Both the position numbers and the translations under genes were made by a program. A stretch of 64,000 nt of DNA. Origin: Epiperipatus broadwayi. Lineage: Eukaryota; Animalia; Onychophora. The stretch is taken from the NCBI GenBank assembly GCA_028023455.1, contig JAQFVV010000002.1, positions 33,604,001 through 33,668,000 on the forward strand, written 5' to 3'. The notes below the pieces were generated by a model that was not told where the DNA came from, did no database searches, and saw nothing but the letters and a program-made list of their open reading frames with translations. Positions 36,515-48,729 of the stretch are shown here, piece after piece. Position 1 is the stretch's first letter. The number at the start of each line of letters is the position of its first letter.

Positions 36515-36871
36515 TTATATTTCAGGAGTTGTTTTAAATCACATTTATAGCTTTTTTAATATTTCAAATTCAGCTCAAAATAAACACAGTACTTGCATTA
36601 TCTCATTTAAAATTGCAATTAAATTTTTTTAGTAATATTTAATTGTCTCCATTATTGTTTTCTGGGTGCTGAGAGCTCATGTTTTTATTTATTCATAGAT
36701 TTTTGCAGACAAAAAATATTGAGGCGAGAATTGCTATGCATGGAATTGAAAAATGGAAGTTTAGAGCTTACAATGATTAATTTCCAAAGTAACCTAATGA
36801 ATAAAGATAGTAAGGGATATAACAAGATGAGAAATTCAGATAAAAAAAACATAAAATGAAGAGACTGTTTA

Positions 36872-37079
36872 ATAACAATTCCAACACAATTGAAATTAAA
36901 CAATTATATAAAATAAATAAATATTTTATTAAACCGGTTTTCAAAATATCTTTTTCTATTTTTGTCCTATTTTAGGACTTTTTCAAAATATCATTTTCTA
37001 ATATAGGATGAAACCCGGTTTAATAAAATATTTATTTTATATTGTTGTTTAATTTCCATTGTGTTGGAATAATTATTAA
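36872..37079. repeat. Imperfect inverted repeat
   Basis: attccaacacaattgaaattaaac...ttattaaaccgg versus ccggtttaataa...gtttaatttccattgtgttggaat. Confidence 0.75.
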
Positions 37080-38088
37080 CTATTTGAAAGCAATATTATG
37101 GACAAATTAATTTATTAATATGTTCGATCATTATTAAGGAAGAGATTGCTTGCTTGTCAAAGACATAATACTTAAACTTTTGATGAACAAGATCGATCCA
37201 TAAGTCAGCATATATGTTATTTACAGTGAAAACAAGATCCATATTTTAATAAAACAATATTACATTCTATAGTATAATTTGAGATGCTCTAAGACAATTA
37301 AATCTCAATATCTGAAGGATGTTTCTATATCTAAGATCTGTGGATACCATATCTAACCTGAATTCATCATCAAAATTACACGGACACATATTATATATGT
37401 GTGTATGTTGACACATGCGTGTATGTTGAAATGAAGATTTTAATGAATGAAAAAAATATTATAATTGGTAATATTTACTAAGGCTGTAACCTTAGGGATA
37501 AGCGTCTGAAAAAATCGAAGATAGGGACCTCTACAGGTCTTAGCCACAAGCTTACGCTTGGAAGAAAAGAGGGGAATCCTTCTTTACTTCAACCTACTTT
37601 TATATATGAATAGGTGAAGTTGAAGTGGTTAGATCTAAGAGTAAGTTTTTGATTCAACTATATAAAAAATTAAAATATCAATGTTTTAGAAAAGTAACAT
37701 GGGTCTTCAATGATGTAATATGTTACTAGTGATTATTATGAAGATATAAAGAATTATTATAAAGTATTAATTATCATATTTGTTTTTCATTTTTTCTTTA
37801 CTTTTAAAGATGAACAAAAATTAAGCTATTGTGCGCTTTGCGCTTTTTCACTACTTCAGCTTACAACACAAGATATAGTATTTAGGAAAGAATAAAATGA
37901 ATCCACTTATTCAATCTAACCCAAATGCTTATATATGGGCAAATCTTAAGTACTGTAAGTGAAAGTGTGAGGATAGATTACTCACTTTAAACCACTGTTT
38001 ACGATATCTGAATGAATAACGCCAATGAAATTATCTAGAATTTACTAGACGTCACTCACAAATGAAACTCTTAAACATATGTAAATAA

Positions 38089-38233
38089 ACATTTATTTTT
38101 AGCGCTGTTTCTAATTGTAATAAATTTAATCAGCCATTTAAGCTATTGTGCGCTTTTTCACGATGCTTTTTCACAATAGCTTAAATGGCTGATTAAATTT
38201 ATTACAATTAGAAACAGCGCTAAAAATAAATGT
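38089..38233. repeat. Perfect 62-bp inverted repeat with 21-nt spacer
   Basis: 38089-38150 is the exact reverse complement of 38172-38233; part of it recurs at ~37820-37850. Confidence 0.93.
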
Positions 38234-39005
38234 CTATTTTGGATTATAATTTTGTGCATTATATTTTTTCCCATCATTCTTAATTAATTTTTTGCAACCA
38301 CTTTTTATACTTTTGTAATGACCACATAATATCTTTTCTTAGTTGAAGGTAAATACTAAAAACAATGTAGTTATATATTTTAATATTTTCTATGAGTAAA
38401 GCCTAAAATTACTATTACTTATAGTATTTATATGGTATTCTAATTATGTACATACATTTTTATGTGTATGTATTATATCTGTATGTAATTCGTGTTATTT
38501 AAACTTAATATAAAATAGAAAGACGCTTTGTTACTAACTAAATTTAGATATATCTAAAATTATTAACTAAATTTAGATATATCTAAAATTTCTACCATGT
38601 ATTCTCCAGGAAAGACATCTGGAAAAAAAACGGAAAATATATATATATTATAATAAGCACAATTCCTTATTAAATATTTTAATTAGACCTATTCATTTAG
38701 ATCAATTCACATATATGGCTTATGACATCATAGAAAAGTATTATTGATTTTGTAGTTTAACTAATTATTCTACATCTAATAAAAAAAGGTCACCTACCAA
38801 ATATTCTTTAATACAATATTTATCAATATACAGATTATATTACATATATACAATACAAACTGCAGCTAATATATGTTATAAATGGTAATTTTTAAGTTTT
38901 TAAAAATATTAAATAAATTCCAGGTGCGCTTTCTATTACTACCATGTAATCATTATCGGCGCTTTCACTTATAAAGTGGGTATAAATAACTCTTGTAGTA
39001 CACTA

Positions 39006-39278
39006 TTTTAAGCCAATAAACATCACATGACCACCACTTCTTACGCTTGTGTATAACTGTTGTTAAAACAGGCAAAACTCACTATATGTATTGCCACACA
39101 CAGCAAGCTAGAGTAATCAATGGATTCCAGAAAGCTTGTACCACAAGCCAGAAACTAGCCTGGGGATATTGGATGAGTAGGCACTAGATGGGGATTTTAT
39201 GCACAAGCCTTCTGGAATCCATTGATTACTCTAGCTTTCTGTGTGTGGCAATACGTATAGTGAGTTTTGCCTGTTTTA
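39006..39278. mobile_element. Family A fold-back, hammerhead truncated
   Basis: Inverted arms; the plus arm starts inside helix II (ccacaagccagaaactagcc) and the left arm carries the long tail. Confidence 0.8.
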
Positions 39279-39623
39279 GTACACTATTTTACATTATCAT
39301 ACTTTATGAATTTTCACATTAGTATCTTGCCTATTAAGCCTATTATTTCCTTTATTAGAAAACAACCATTTTCTTCTTTTCCTTCTCATTCTTCTTCCTC
39401 CTTCTTTTTCTTTCTTTATTTAATTCAAATTTTTACTGTAAAAAAACCAGCTGCTTCTTATTATATATTAGAAGAAAAGTTAAGTTAGATAACAACCAGA
39501 GGAGTAAATATTAAATCAGCAATATATTTAAGACAAAGTGGCTTAAATCATGACTGTTTGATATTTAAATCTAGAAAGTAGAGCTATTTGTACCCATCTT
39601 AATATTTTACCTAAAAATTGAAC

Positions 39624-39669
39624 CATCATCATCATCATCATCATCATCATCATTATTATTATTATTATT
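39624..39669. repeat. Compound (CAT)n/(TAT)n microsatellite
   Basis: Direct inspection. Confidence 0.9.
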
Positions 39670-40171
39670 ACTTCGTTTACATGTGGAAATATGATTACAT
39701 TGCAACTCGAATGAAAGAGATACATCCTCAACATAAACTTGATCTCTTTTAATTAATCAGTGGATCAGCATATATTATAAAAAGAAAAGCCTTTAGAGAA
39801 AAAATTTAAGGAATGGTTTTAATAGATCTAAAGCTGTTTGATATTTTTCAGAATATATTTATAGAATTAAGTGTTATAATGGTTAGTATCATGACCATGA
39901 TCTGGGGGTTAAATTGTACCTAGCAAATATTGGACATGTTTTCAGATTACAAACAACCTAAAATTTTTATTTCAGATAGTAGGACTATCTAAACTAACAA
40001 ATCTAGTATTTATTGATTAATAAATATCTAATTCTTATTAGTTAATAGTAAAAATCCAGATTAATATAGGTTATTTAAATAAGTGTTGATCTATTAATCA
40101 TAGCTAAAGGTTTATAAACTCATTTTCAATTTAAAAAAAATCATTTTGGTCAATTGGGTGAAACTATATAT

Positions 40172-40450
40172 AGTCAATTCAGCTGTTAAAATATCACATA
40201 ACACCACCAGCAACTGATCATAGGATAAATATTAACCAAACAAAATTAATATGAATTAAATGGTAAAATATAAGACATTGTTTAATCGTATCTGAAGTAA
40301 ATGTTAAAAAAAAACAGTCAATTCAGCTGTTAAAATATCACATAACCTCACCAGCAACTGATCATAGGATAAAGATTAACCAAACACAATTAATATGAAA
40401 TAAATACTATAAGACATTGTTTAATAATATCTGAAATAAATGTTAAAAAA
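40172..40450. repeat. Tandem duplication, ~144-bp period
   Basis: agtcaattcagctgttaaaatatcacataac at 40172 and 40316. Confidence 0.9.
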
Positions 40451-40834
40451 TCGGCATTTGTAATTTATATTTCTCTATAAACCATCCAAATACATTATTA
40501 AATACCTTTGATATATTTTATTCAATTTGATGTATTCTTCATTTTATAAAAATAAATTTTATGTTGTAGTCTTTATTTTAAAGTGTCGTAACGCTACTAA
40601 TTTAATTTCATTAAAAATTACTTTTCCATTGATGAACGACTGTTATTTTGAATATATAATCGATTTTTTCTCCTCTACGTGAGTAAATTTCCAAAATATT
40701 TTCTTCATGATTTGCAACTAGTAAAAAAAAACGTTTATTATTTTGTAACTTTTTTTTTGACGATTACTAAATTAAAAGTTTGAAAATGCTTTATTTATTT
40801 AATAATATACACACATATATATATATTTATTATA

Positions 40835-41480
40835 TAAGCAATACTTTGGGTGCAATTTGAACATTATAATTGCAATTTCTAATATTATAATTGACTATTT
40901 ATTAGTTTGCATTCAGAAGAGGTTATATTTAGCTAATTAAGGAGGGTTATTTAAAAGAATTTCAATCTAGGTGGTTAAGTTGTAATATTTAGTATCTATT
41001 AAATATATTGGGCCATGACTAAAAGTGGAATTCCATATTTATTGTTAAAAGAGGTTGCCTTGACAACAGATTGAGAATATTGATTGTTAGTGATATTGGG
41101 ATTGTCGAAGTATTGATTGATTTTAATGGTTATTTGTAAATCCATTTAGACTTGAGCATTATTGCACTTATTATTTAAGTAATACTTTGGGTGCAATTTG
41201 AAAATTATAATTGCAGTTTATAATGTTATAATTGATTATTTATTAGTCTTCAGAGCAGGTTATATTTACCTATAAAGGAGGTTTATTTAAATTTCTTTAT
41301 ATCAATAATTTCAATCTCCATGGTCAAGTGCAATCCTTAGTATCCATATAAATATAATAGACCATAAATAAAGTTGGAATTCCACCTTTATTATTAAAAG
41401 AGGTTGCCTTGACAACAGTTTGAGATTGTTGATTATTATTGATATTGAGATTGTCTAAATGTTGAGTGGTTTTAATGATG
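40835..41480. repeat. Diverged tandem duplication, ~341-bp period
   Basis: atactttgggtgcaatttga at 40841 and 41182; aaaagaggttgccttgacaacag in both units. Confidence 0.85.
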
Positions 41481-41999
41481 TATTTAATTAATATACATAC
41501 ATGGACATTATAAAAGAAACTTTAATAACATTTGTTAATATGCAATAAAAATAATCAAATAGTTTATTGTTTGGAGTTCAAACACCAGGGGGCAGATATC
41601 CATGGATTTTGAGATCCAGTGTCTGCTGGTCTTCCATTCCACTATTGCACCAAATCACACCATACATTAATAGGCAATCAATTTATACATATTAAGACAT
41701 AGGTAAATATTTATTAAGTGCAAGCAGTTTGTAATTAAAGTGAATTAATACATAGGATATATAAATTCAAACAATTTTAATTATTAAATAATTCTAGTTT
41801 TAGAATTCAATTACTTTATTTTGGTAATTATACTAAATTGAAATTTATTAAACTGCTATGAAAAATTTAAATTATACGTTATGTATAAAATATTCAGTAT
41901 TTTAGTATTAGACTTGCTGTGATGAAACTTGACCTCAACTCTAACCCTAAACCTAACCCTAACCCAGTATGGTTGTGATATTTCACAGCAGGTTTAATA

Positions 42000-43620
42000 C
42001 TAAAGAACCATATATTGATGCTAATATTTAAAAAAAAAACAACTTCACATTCACCAATGTACAAAAAGTTAATAATAAAGATTTGGTTAGGTTTTCTTAC
42101 AGTATCAAATACTAACAGCTAAGGAACCAAATTTTATTTTGGATGATAGACATAATTTAATAAAATCTAAAACAACCATAATAAAATAACTACAAACAGA
42201 TATTAAAAATGAGAATTTTATTAGAAGATTACAATAAAAATGAAGATGAAGTTTTATTGAAAATAGAATTGACTAAAAGGTAATGTAATGATTAAAGTTA
42301 CAAGAATACTATTATTAAAATATCTAGATAACATTAGCCCTTTTCCAAGTCCAATACATAATATCCACATTATGGAATGAGCCTCTAAGTAATATATATC
42401 TTTGCTTATTGATGTATAATACCATAAAAATTTTGAATTATCAGGTTAATGATAATCTTGAAATTAAATATATTAAAAAATGGTGAAATTAGTAAAGACT
42501 ATAATTACTCAGACAGAGGTGAGAAAGCAGAGATTAATCATTACCCCAAAAAGTCCTAAAAATGGCATATCAACATTTTAAAAAAGCTTGGGAAGCTGGA
42601 AATTTTGAAAAAAGATGACAATAAGATGAAAACTTTAGAATAAATGAAACTATGAACCATATAGCAAAGACTTTTCATTTGGTGATCATTTTGATTATAG
42701 ATCTGGAATATAGAGAATAGAACAAAATAATGATGGGTATATATAAATACCAGGAATAGAGAAATACAGTGAAAGTGTCAAAACACTTAAAACAGAATCT
42801 GTCTAAAATATAAAGCTTTAATAGAGGTTTATATGCTAACATAAACTGTTTTGATGGTATGAATTATTGGAAATCAATGAACATATTATCCAAAGTAAAA
42901 GTACAGGGATTGGTATGACAAAAAAAAATAAAGAAAATATTAAAATTTTGAAACTAGATGCAGTAAGTAAGATATGCCTTGAAATATTGCTCAATATTAA
43001 ACTGGACATATAATGATTGTAGAAAAAACATCATGGCCATCCATAGTTCTACAGTTTGAAGAACTGGCTAAAACTTCTAATAAGAGTACTACATGGTCTA
43101 TGATTTTCTGCTGTTTTCTCTAATTGTTAAGTACCAGTGTTTTAACATAATTTATTTGTCAAAAATATTTAAACCAGAGACAAGAATGTAAAAGCAATCC
43201 TGAAGTAAAAAAGGAAATCAGAATGTAACCTTCTTATTATGAAGTGCTAATTATATTTTAAAAAATCATTTAATTTTATCAAAAAAGAGAAAGTTAACTA
43301 AATTTGACTGTATCATCAGAATGCATTTAAAAATAACAGAAGACATTATAACAGAAAAAATGATGGAAATAGAACAGAACGAAAGAAATATCAAATGATT
43401 AAAAATAATTTCAGCAGCAAAACATGGTTTCGGCAATGATAAACAATTATACAAGTTATGAATCATAGATAAGATTATAAATATGACAAAAAATACAAGA
43501 TAGAATGGAAAATAATAAAGAAATGTAGAATGCATCAAACTAAGATCAACAAGAAATCAAAAACGTTCTGAAAATATAGATAGAAAAAATATAGTTACAA
43601 ATATTTCATTGAAAATACAT
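42000..43620 (+). pseudogene. Very degraded non-LTR RT remnants
   Basis: Scattered RT-like words (for example KHGFG at ~43420); many stops. Confidence 0.3.
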
Positions 43621-44485
43621 ATGAAAATGTCACAACATAGTAAAACAAATTTTATAATAAATAAATGATTCATTACTCAGGGAGTCATGTGACACTTAAA
43701 CATTGGAAGAGTTATAGTTTAGATGCAGTTTTCAGCAACTGATATAAATACTGAGATAACGCAAATATAAAAAGATCATATAAAGAAATGATTGATTCAC
43801 AGTCTGAGTAAAAATGAAAAGTAAACTGACAAGAAAAAATTATACTACCAGTTACATAGAATGACTTCTAATTATACTTTATAAGCAAAGACAACATAAA
43901 AATAAGCAGGTCCTGAATGAATCCCAGAAAAAATTTCAAAATTCTTTAACTAAAGTACGAATAATCCATTAGATATTAGAAACAACACCTCAAAATATGT
44001 ATTGAAACTGTCTAGTAGATGAGATTTACCAGTAACTCAAAACATAGTCTCACCACCTAAGACCCACAAATCAATATCATTTTTCTGGATATTTAATCAA
44101 AAATCTCATAAAAAGTTTATTATGGCATAAAAATGGATTGGATTTCTTATGATATTACAAACATATGTTACAAACAAATTTCTTTTCCACATCTAATAGT
44201 AGAGCCAGTAGGATTTGATCTTCCTAGGTAATGGTTAAATCACATCAAAAGATTAATACATAGCTTTCATCTGTTTTGTAAATGGAATTTTATCAGCCAC
44301 TGACATATGTACATGTGGCCAAACACAAATTATGAAACAATAGTCGAAGGTTATTAAATCTATAATTAAGGCAGCAGAACTGAAGAATTTAATAAAGCCA
44401 ATGGTGATTTTATCTTCATTGGAATCTCGTTAATGTCAAGTTATCTAAAAGAATTCATACATTAAGCCAATCATATATATATATA

Positions 44486-44679
44486 TATGTCCACAGATGG
44501 CGTTCTACCAAAAACACCGATCAAGCGTATGTTTTGTTTACATAAACGTCAGAGTAGTATTCACTATCTCTAACTATAATTCCACTTATAGTTAGAGATA
44601 GTGAATACTACTCTGACGTTTATGTAAACAAAACATACGCTTGATCAGTGTTTTTGGTAGAATGCCATCTGTGGACATA
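44486..44679. repeat. Near-perfect 194-bp hairpin (MITE-like)
   Basis: 94-bp arms and a 6-nt loop, with only two mismatches, both CpG transitions; inserted at a (TA)n run. Confidence 0.93.
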
Positions 44680-44724
44680 AATACAAGCGTTAGCAAGTTT
44701 TTTAACTTGCATTTTTGTTTTTCA

Positions 44725-44840
44725 TATATTATATAATGAGCATGCCAATAGCTCTTAACAAGCTTTTCAGAACATCACTATTCCCAGACTGGTTTCTAGC
44801 TCTGTCTTTCCTCAGTGAGGCACTAGGACATTCAAGCATC
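44725..44840 (-). mobile_element. Family B copy with hammerhead
   Basis: CUAG UG CCUCA CUGAGGA A AG ACAGAG CU A GAAA CCAG UC UGGG AA UAG; core at 44809-44815. Confidence 0.7.
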
Positions 44841-45012
44841 AGATTTAAAATAGCAGGTCAAAGCCCAGCACTTTATTTAATGTTTAACTATTAAATAGAA
44901 ATTCTAAATTTTTAGACATCTATATTCTTCAGATCCAGCTATCTCACTTAAATAGCCATAAGGAACTGAACTAAGTTCAGATACATCATATTTTAATAAA
45001 TTAGCAATATAA

Positions 45013-45240
45013 AATCACCAAAGCCTTAAGTGCAATATCAATAATTGCAAGGAAATATGTCATATATCATGTGACTTAATAAGCCTTGTATTACAAATGT
45101 TATATAATGGGCGTGGCAATAGATCTTAACAAGCTTTTCAAAACATCCCTATCCCCAGACTGTTTTTCTAGCTCTGACTTTCATCAGTGAAGCTTATTAA
45201 ATTAAGTCATGTGGTATATGACCTGATTTCCTTGCAATAT
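45013..45240. mobile_element. Family B fold-back with decayed hammerhead
   Basis: Minus-strand CUGAUGA at 45181-45187; inverted ~45-bp tails at both ends. Confidence 0.65.
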
Positions 45241-45373
45241 ATGTATTTTTGGGTATGAACAGTGTATTATTTTGCATTACAAACCGATATTTTGATGGAC
45301 TAGCAACCGCCATTATCAAGGTTAACTTTTGAAAAAACACTCGTTAGATCTCAAACAATAACGTGACTCAGTT

Positions 45374-45532
45374 TTTACTTCCCATTTTTTAGAAATTGGT
45401 CACAAATCTGATTTTGACAATACAAAAATACTTGCTAATTTGGAAAGATATGATTTGAGAACCATGAGAGAGTCAATTGAAATATTAAAGAGACCTAATA
45501 AGCCTCATATTGTGAATGCTGAACTACTTTAA
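45374..45532 (+). pseudogene. PLE GIY-YIG endonuclease C-terminal fragment
   Basis: FTSHFLEIGHKSDFDNTKILANLERYDLRTMRESIEILKRPNKPHIVNAELL*, matching the H....GH.FDF.N.KIL......R...E.IEI pattern. Confidence 0.8.
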
Positions 45533-45605
45533 GTTGAATCTCACTTCTCATCTCGCACTGAGTCACATTATTATTTGAGATCTAATGAGTGTTCTTTCAA
45601 AAATT

Positions 45606-45647
45606 AACCTTGATAATGGTGGTTGCTAGTCCATCGAAATATTGGAT
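45606..45647 (+). ncRNA. Hammerhead motif, U3-A8 variant
   Basis: Two-arm consensus AACC UUGAUAA U GGUGG UUGCUAGU CCAUC GAAA UA UC GGUU; each genomic arm carries disabling changes. Confidence 0.7.
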
Positions 45648-45912
45648 TGCAATGCAAAATAATACATGGTTCGTACCCAAAAATATTATTTTATCTACAT
45701 CATATAATTGTGAAAACATTATACATATATATAATAAAATATGAAAATGAGGAGATAATTTCCATGTAAATAGAAATAACTTTGATCTTTGATACTAATT
45801 GAGAATCCCTGACGCCAAATCAATTTTTTTATTAACCTATAATAGCTCTTTTATTTGAGATTTTTGTTGAAGTAAAAGGGGTTATTACAATAACAATCCA
45901 TGAAAATATTTA

Positions 45913-46706
45913 ATTCATATATATATAAACATTAAAAGCCTGAAGCTAAACAATTAAACTAGGCTAATCAAAGAAATAAACTCTAAAACACAATCAATGG
46001 TTTCACTGCTATAAGCAGACTTCTCAAGTGTAAAGGACTAAAAGATAACAAAATTTATACTAAACATTACCCACAATTCTACTTACAGTTCACACATACT
46101 TAATATTAAAATAACTTTTAAATAAGCTAATTGCTTCAGAATTATAAATATTTAACCATAAAGATTCTTTAATTCTTCTTTTAATTATTAATCTTTATTA
46201 TTAAAAAATTATGATTCTGAAGCAATTAACTTGTTTAAAGGTTCTTTTAACATTATAATACTTCATTCATATACACTTTAATGCAAGTAATTTTCTTAAC
46301 CTTCTTTATTTTCTTACAGTTTCAACTGTCCAGCAGTCTTCATCAGAGCTCTATCCTCCTTACAGTTTTAACCTTAATTAAAATTACTTAATTAAAATTA
46401 CTTGCATTAAAGTATATATGAATGAAGTATTATAAGTAATATATATGATTATATGAAGATATGCAAAGAAAGTGAAGGAGAAGAATAACATAGTATACTT
46501 CTTTTAACAATAAGGGTGGGTGGGTTTAAGTGGGAATTGTGTGTAGTATATAGTATAAATTTGTTATATTTTAGTCCTTTGTACTTGAGAAGTCTGCTTG
46601 TAGCAGTGAAACCATTAGTTGTGTTTTTAGAATTTATTTCTTCAGCTGGTCGAGTTTAGTTGTGAATTTGGGTTAATTTATATATACATTTATATATAAC
46701 ATGAAT
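45913..46706. repeat. Nested fold-backs (outer ~170-bp arms enclosing two smaller inverted repeats)
   Basis: Outer arms ~45913-46080 and ~46520-46706; inner inverted repeats at ~46105-46250 and ~46253-46435. Confidence 0.7.
46311..46356 (-). ncRNA. Hammerhead core with weak helix I
   Basis: GAGCU CUGAUGA A GACUG CUGGA CAGUU GAAA CUG UA AGAA. Confidence 0.55.
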
Positions 46707-47362
46707 GTTCCCTACAGGTATTTTAAAAATATGATTACCTTGACAAAATGAATAAAAAATTTCTAGAACATATTAATATTATAACTTTCTTTCATACTTC
46801 AAATATTGTAACAAAAATCAAAGATTTTATTAGTTTGAAAAAATGTACCTAAGAATCAATTTTGTTTCACAAACAAAATATTGGAGAATTAATATTAAAT
46901 TTAAATTTTTTTTTATAAAATTCTCTAACAACTAAATACTAGTATGTCTCATTGATTTCATAGTTACAGAAAAGCATCTGATAATGAAAAATGAAACATC
47001 TCCAATAATATCCTATCAAAATCCAGGTTCATTTTGTTTGTTTTAACATAGCCCAAATATCTTTCCATCAATTAAAACTTTAAAAAACGATTATAAACTT
47101 CTACCAATTAACTCTACAGTACTGTAAATTTACATGTATTATATTTATATAATAAAATACATTATTTTTAATTTATTTTCAAGTTTTCACATGTATGTGG
47201 TCATGTGTATTGGTTATATTAGATAGAGTGAATGACCAAAGGGAGTTTGAAAGTCTGGGTTCAAATCCCCATTAATTACATCTAGCTTAAGTTATATATA
47301 TATATATTAACTTAAAAATGAAGTTAAAAAAGAGAAGTTATAAATAAATATAATAAAAATAT

Positions 47363-47401
47363 GCTAAACGTTTTCGAGGATCCATGCCTCATAATCATAG
47401 C
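47363..47401 (-). ncRNA. Hammerhead motif, A3-U8 core variant
   Basis: GCU AUGAUUA U GAGG CAUGGAU CCUC GAAA ACGU U U AGC, about 55 nt downstream of the GIY-YIG stop. Confidence 0.7.
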
Positions 47402-47455
47402 TTTCATAAAAATACATAATAAAATATATACAAAGATATATAAAATTAGCACGTG

Positions 47456-47824
47456 TTACGTGGACCATTTCTTCGATATATCAAAGCAAGTGTTTTTTCT
47501 ATTTATAGCATTAATATTTCCATTAATATAGAATGCTTCTTTTATTTTCCTCTTATGATCATTTGATTCAGTGCATAAAATTACAGGATTGGAAAGAATA
47601 AAATTGTGTCCAGATTTCATGGAATGCTCCAAAAATACAGAAGATATATTGTTATTCTTCTGAGCTCTCTTGTAAGTGTACATGTGTTGAGCAAGCCTAG
47701 TATTAACAGTAGCTTTAGTTTCACCATAATATACAGCAAGACATTTTTCTTGAGGACATGAAATGAAATAAACTACATGTGGGGTGAATGAACGATCAAT
47801 ATGATCTTTTGAGTTGTTGATCAA
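47456..47824 (-). CDS. PLE GIY-YIG endonuclease domain
   Basis: VVY.ISC...C...YYGET...RL.QH...GH.F...P.IL..E.N..KRKIKEA.YI...N.IN. Confidence 0.88.
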   Translation of the reverse strand: MINNSKDHIDRSFTPHVVYFISCPQEKCLAVYYGETKATVNTRLAQHMYTYKRAQKNNNISSVFLEHSMKSGHNFILSNPVILCTESNDHKRKIKEAFYINGNINAINRKNTCFDISKKWST

Positions 47825-47858
47825 TCTATTAGAATTAGGAGGAGTTCTAAATCCAATT

Positions 47859-48170
47859 TTAAAACTTATTGAATAATGCTTTAGTTAATTTGTTAGATAT
47901 TTTGGAAATGTAAGGAAGTTGAACACATGGTACAACACTATTTATTTTATTATGGAATTTAGAAATATAATTTTTAATAGACCAAAGTTTAAAACCTGCT
48001 TTCATCAAATCTTTAATAAAATTATTCAGATTTTCTTTTCTGTCTGCTTCATATTTACAAAGATGCAAATTTCTAAATAAGAAAGAATTTAAACCAGCAA
48101 ATTTATGTGATGCAGGTGAGTTAGATTTAGGGTGAATACAGCTTCTAATTTCAAAAGGCTTAATTATCAT
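47859..48170 (-). CDS. PLE RT thumb/linker region (frameshifted from the endonuclease by one extra T)
   Basis: IHPKSNSPASHK and LPYISKISNKL motifs; the plus-arm copy is in frame through to GIY-YIG. Confidence 0.75.
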   Translation of the reverse strand: MIIKPFEIRSCIHPKSNSPASHKFAGLNSFLFRNLHLCKYEADRKENLNNFIKDLMKAGFKLWSIKNYISKFHNKINSVVPCVQLPYISKISNKLTKALFNKF

Positions 48171-48180
48171 CTTGTAATCT

Positions 48181-48636
48181 TACATTTCCAAAATATCTAA
48201 CAAATTAACTAAAGCATTATTCAATAAGTTTAAAATTGGATTTAGAACTCCTCCTAATTCTAATAGATTGATCAACAACTCAAAAGATCATATTGATCGT
48301 TCATTCACCCCACATGTAGTTTATTCCATTTCATGTCCTCAAGAAAAATGTCTTGCTGTATATTATGGTGAAATTAAAGCTACTGTTAATACTAGGCTTG
48401 CTCAACACATGTACACTTACAAGAGAGCTCAGAAGAACAACAATATATCTTCTGTATTTTTGGAGCATTCCATGAAATCTGGACACAATTTTATTCCTTC
48501 CAATCCTGTAATTTTATGCACTGAATCAAATGATCATAAGAGGAAAATAAAAGAAGCATTCTATATTAATGGAAATATTAATGCTATAAATAGAAAAGAC
48601 ACTTGCTTTGATATATCGAAGAAATGGTCCACGTAA
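48181..48636 (+). CDS. PLE linker + GIY-YIG endonuclease (inverted copy, open frame, 5'-truncated)
   Basis: YISKISNKLTKALFNKFKIGFRTPPNSNRLINNSKDHID...VVYSISC... with no stop until 48636. Confidence 0.88.
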   Translation, partial: YISKISNKLTKALFNKFKIGFRTPPNSNRLINNSKDHIDRSFTPHVVYSISCPQEKCLAVYYGEIKATVNTRLAQHMYTYKRAQKNNNISSVFLEHSMKSGHNFIPSNPVILCTESNDHKRKIKEAFYINGNINAINRKDTCFDISKKWST

Positions 48637-48690
48637 CACGTGCTAATTTTATATATCTTTGTATATATTTTATTATGTATTTTTATGAAC

Positions 48691-48729
48691 GCTATGATTA
48701 TGAGGCATGGATCCTTGAAAACGTTTAGC
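48691..48729 (+). ncRNA. Hammerhead motif, A3-U8 variant (second arm)
   Basis: Same as 47363-47401 but C11.1 is changed to U. Confidence 0.65.

Larger units (their letters stand above)
45244..45685 (+). mobile_element. PLE 3' fragment with inverted 5' copy
   Basis: Arms 45244-45372 and 45557-45685 surround a GIY-YIG C-terminal fragment; an HHR lies in the 3' UTR. Confidence 0.85.

Noticed and set aside
40835-41480. CCTTGACAA...GTC(G/T)AA in the 341-bp tandem as a U3-A8 hammerhead
   Set aside because: No helix II can be formed without using core bases, and neither copy has GAAA.
41938-41965. Short (TAACCC)-like run resembling telomeric repeats
   Set aside because: Only about four imperfect units; such motifs are common inside transposons and say nothing reliable about telomeres or taxonomy.
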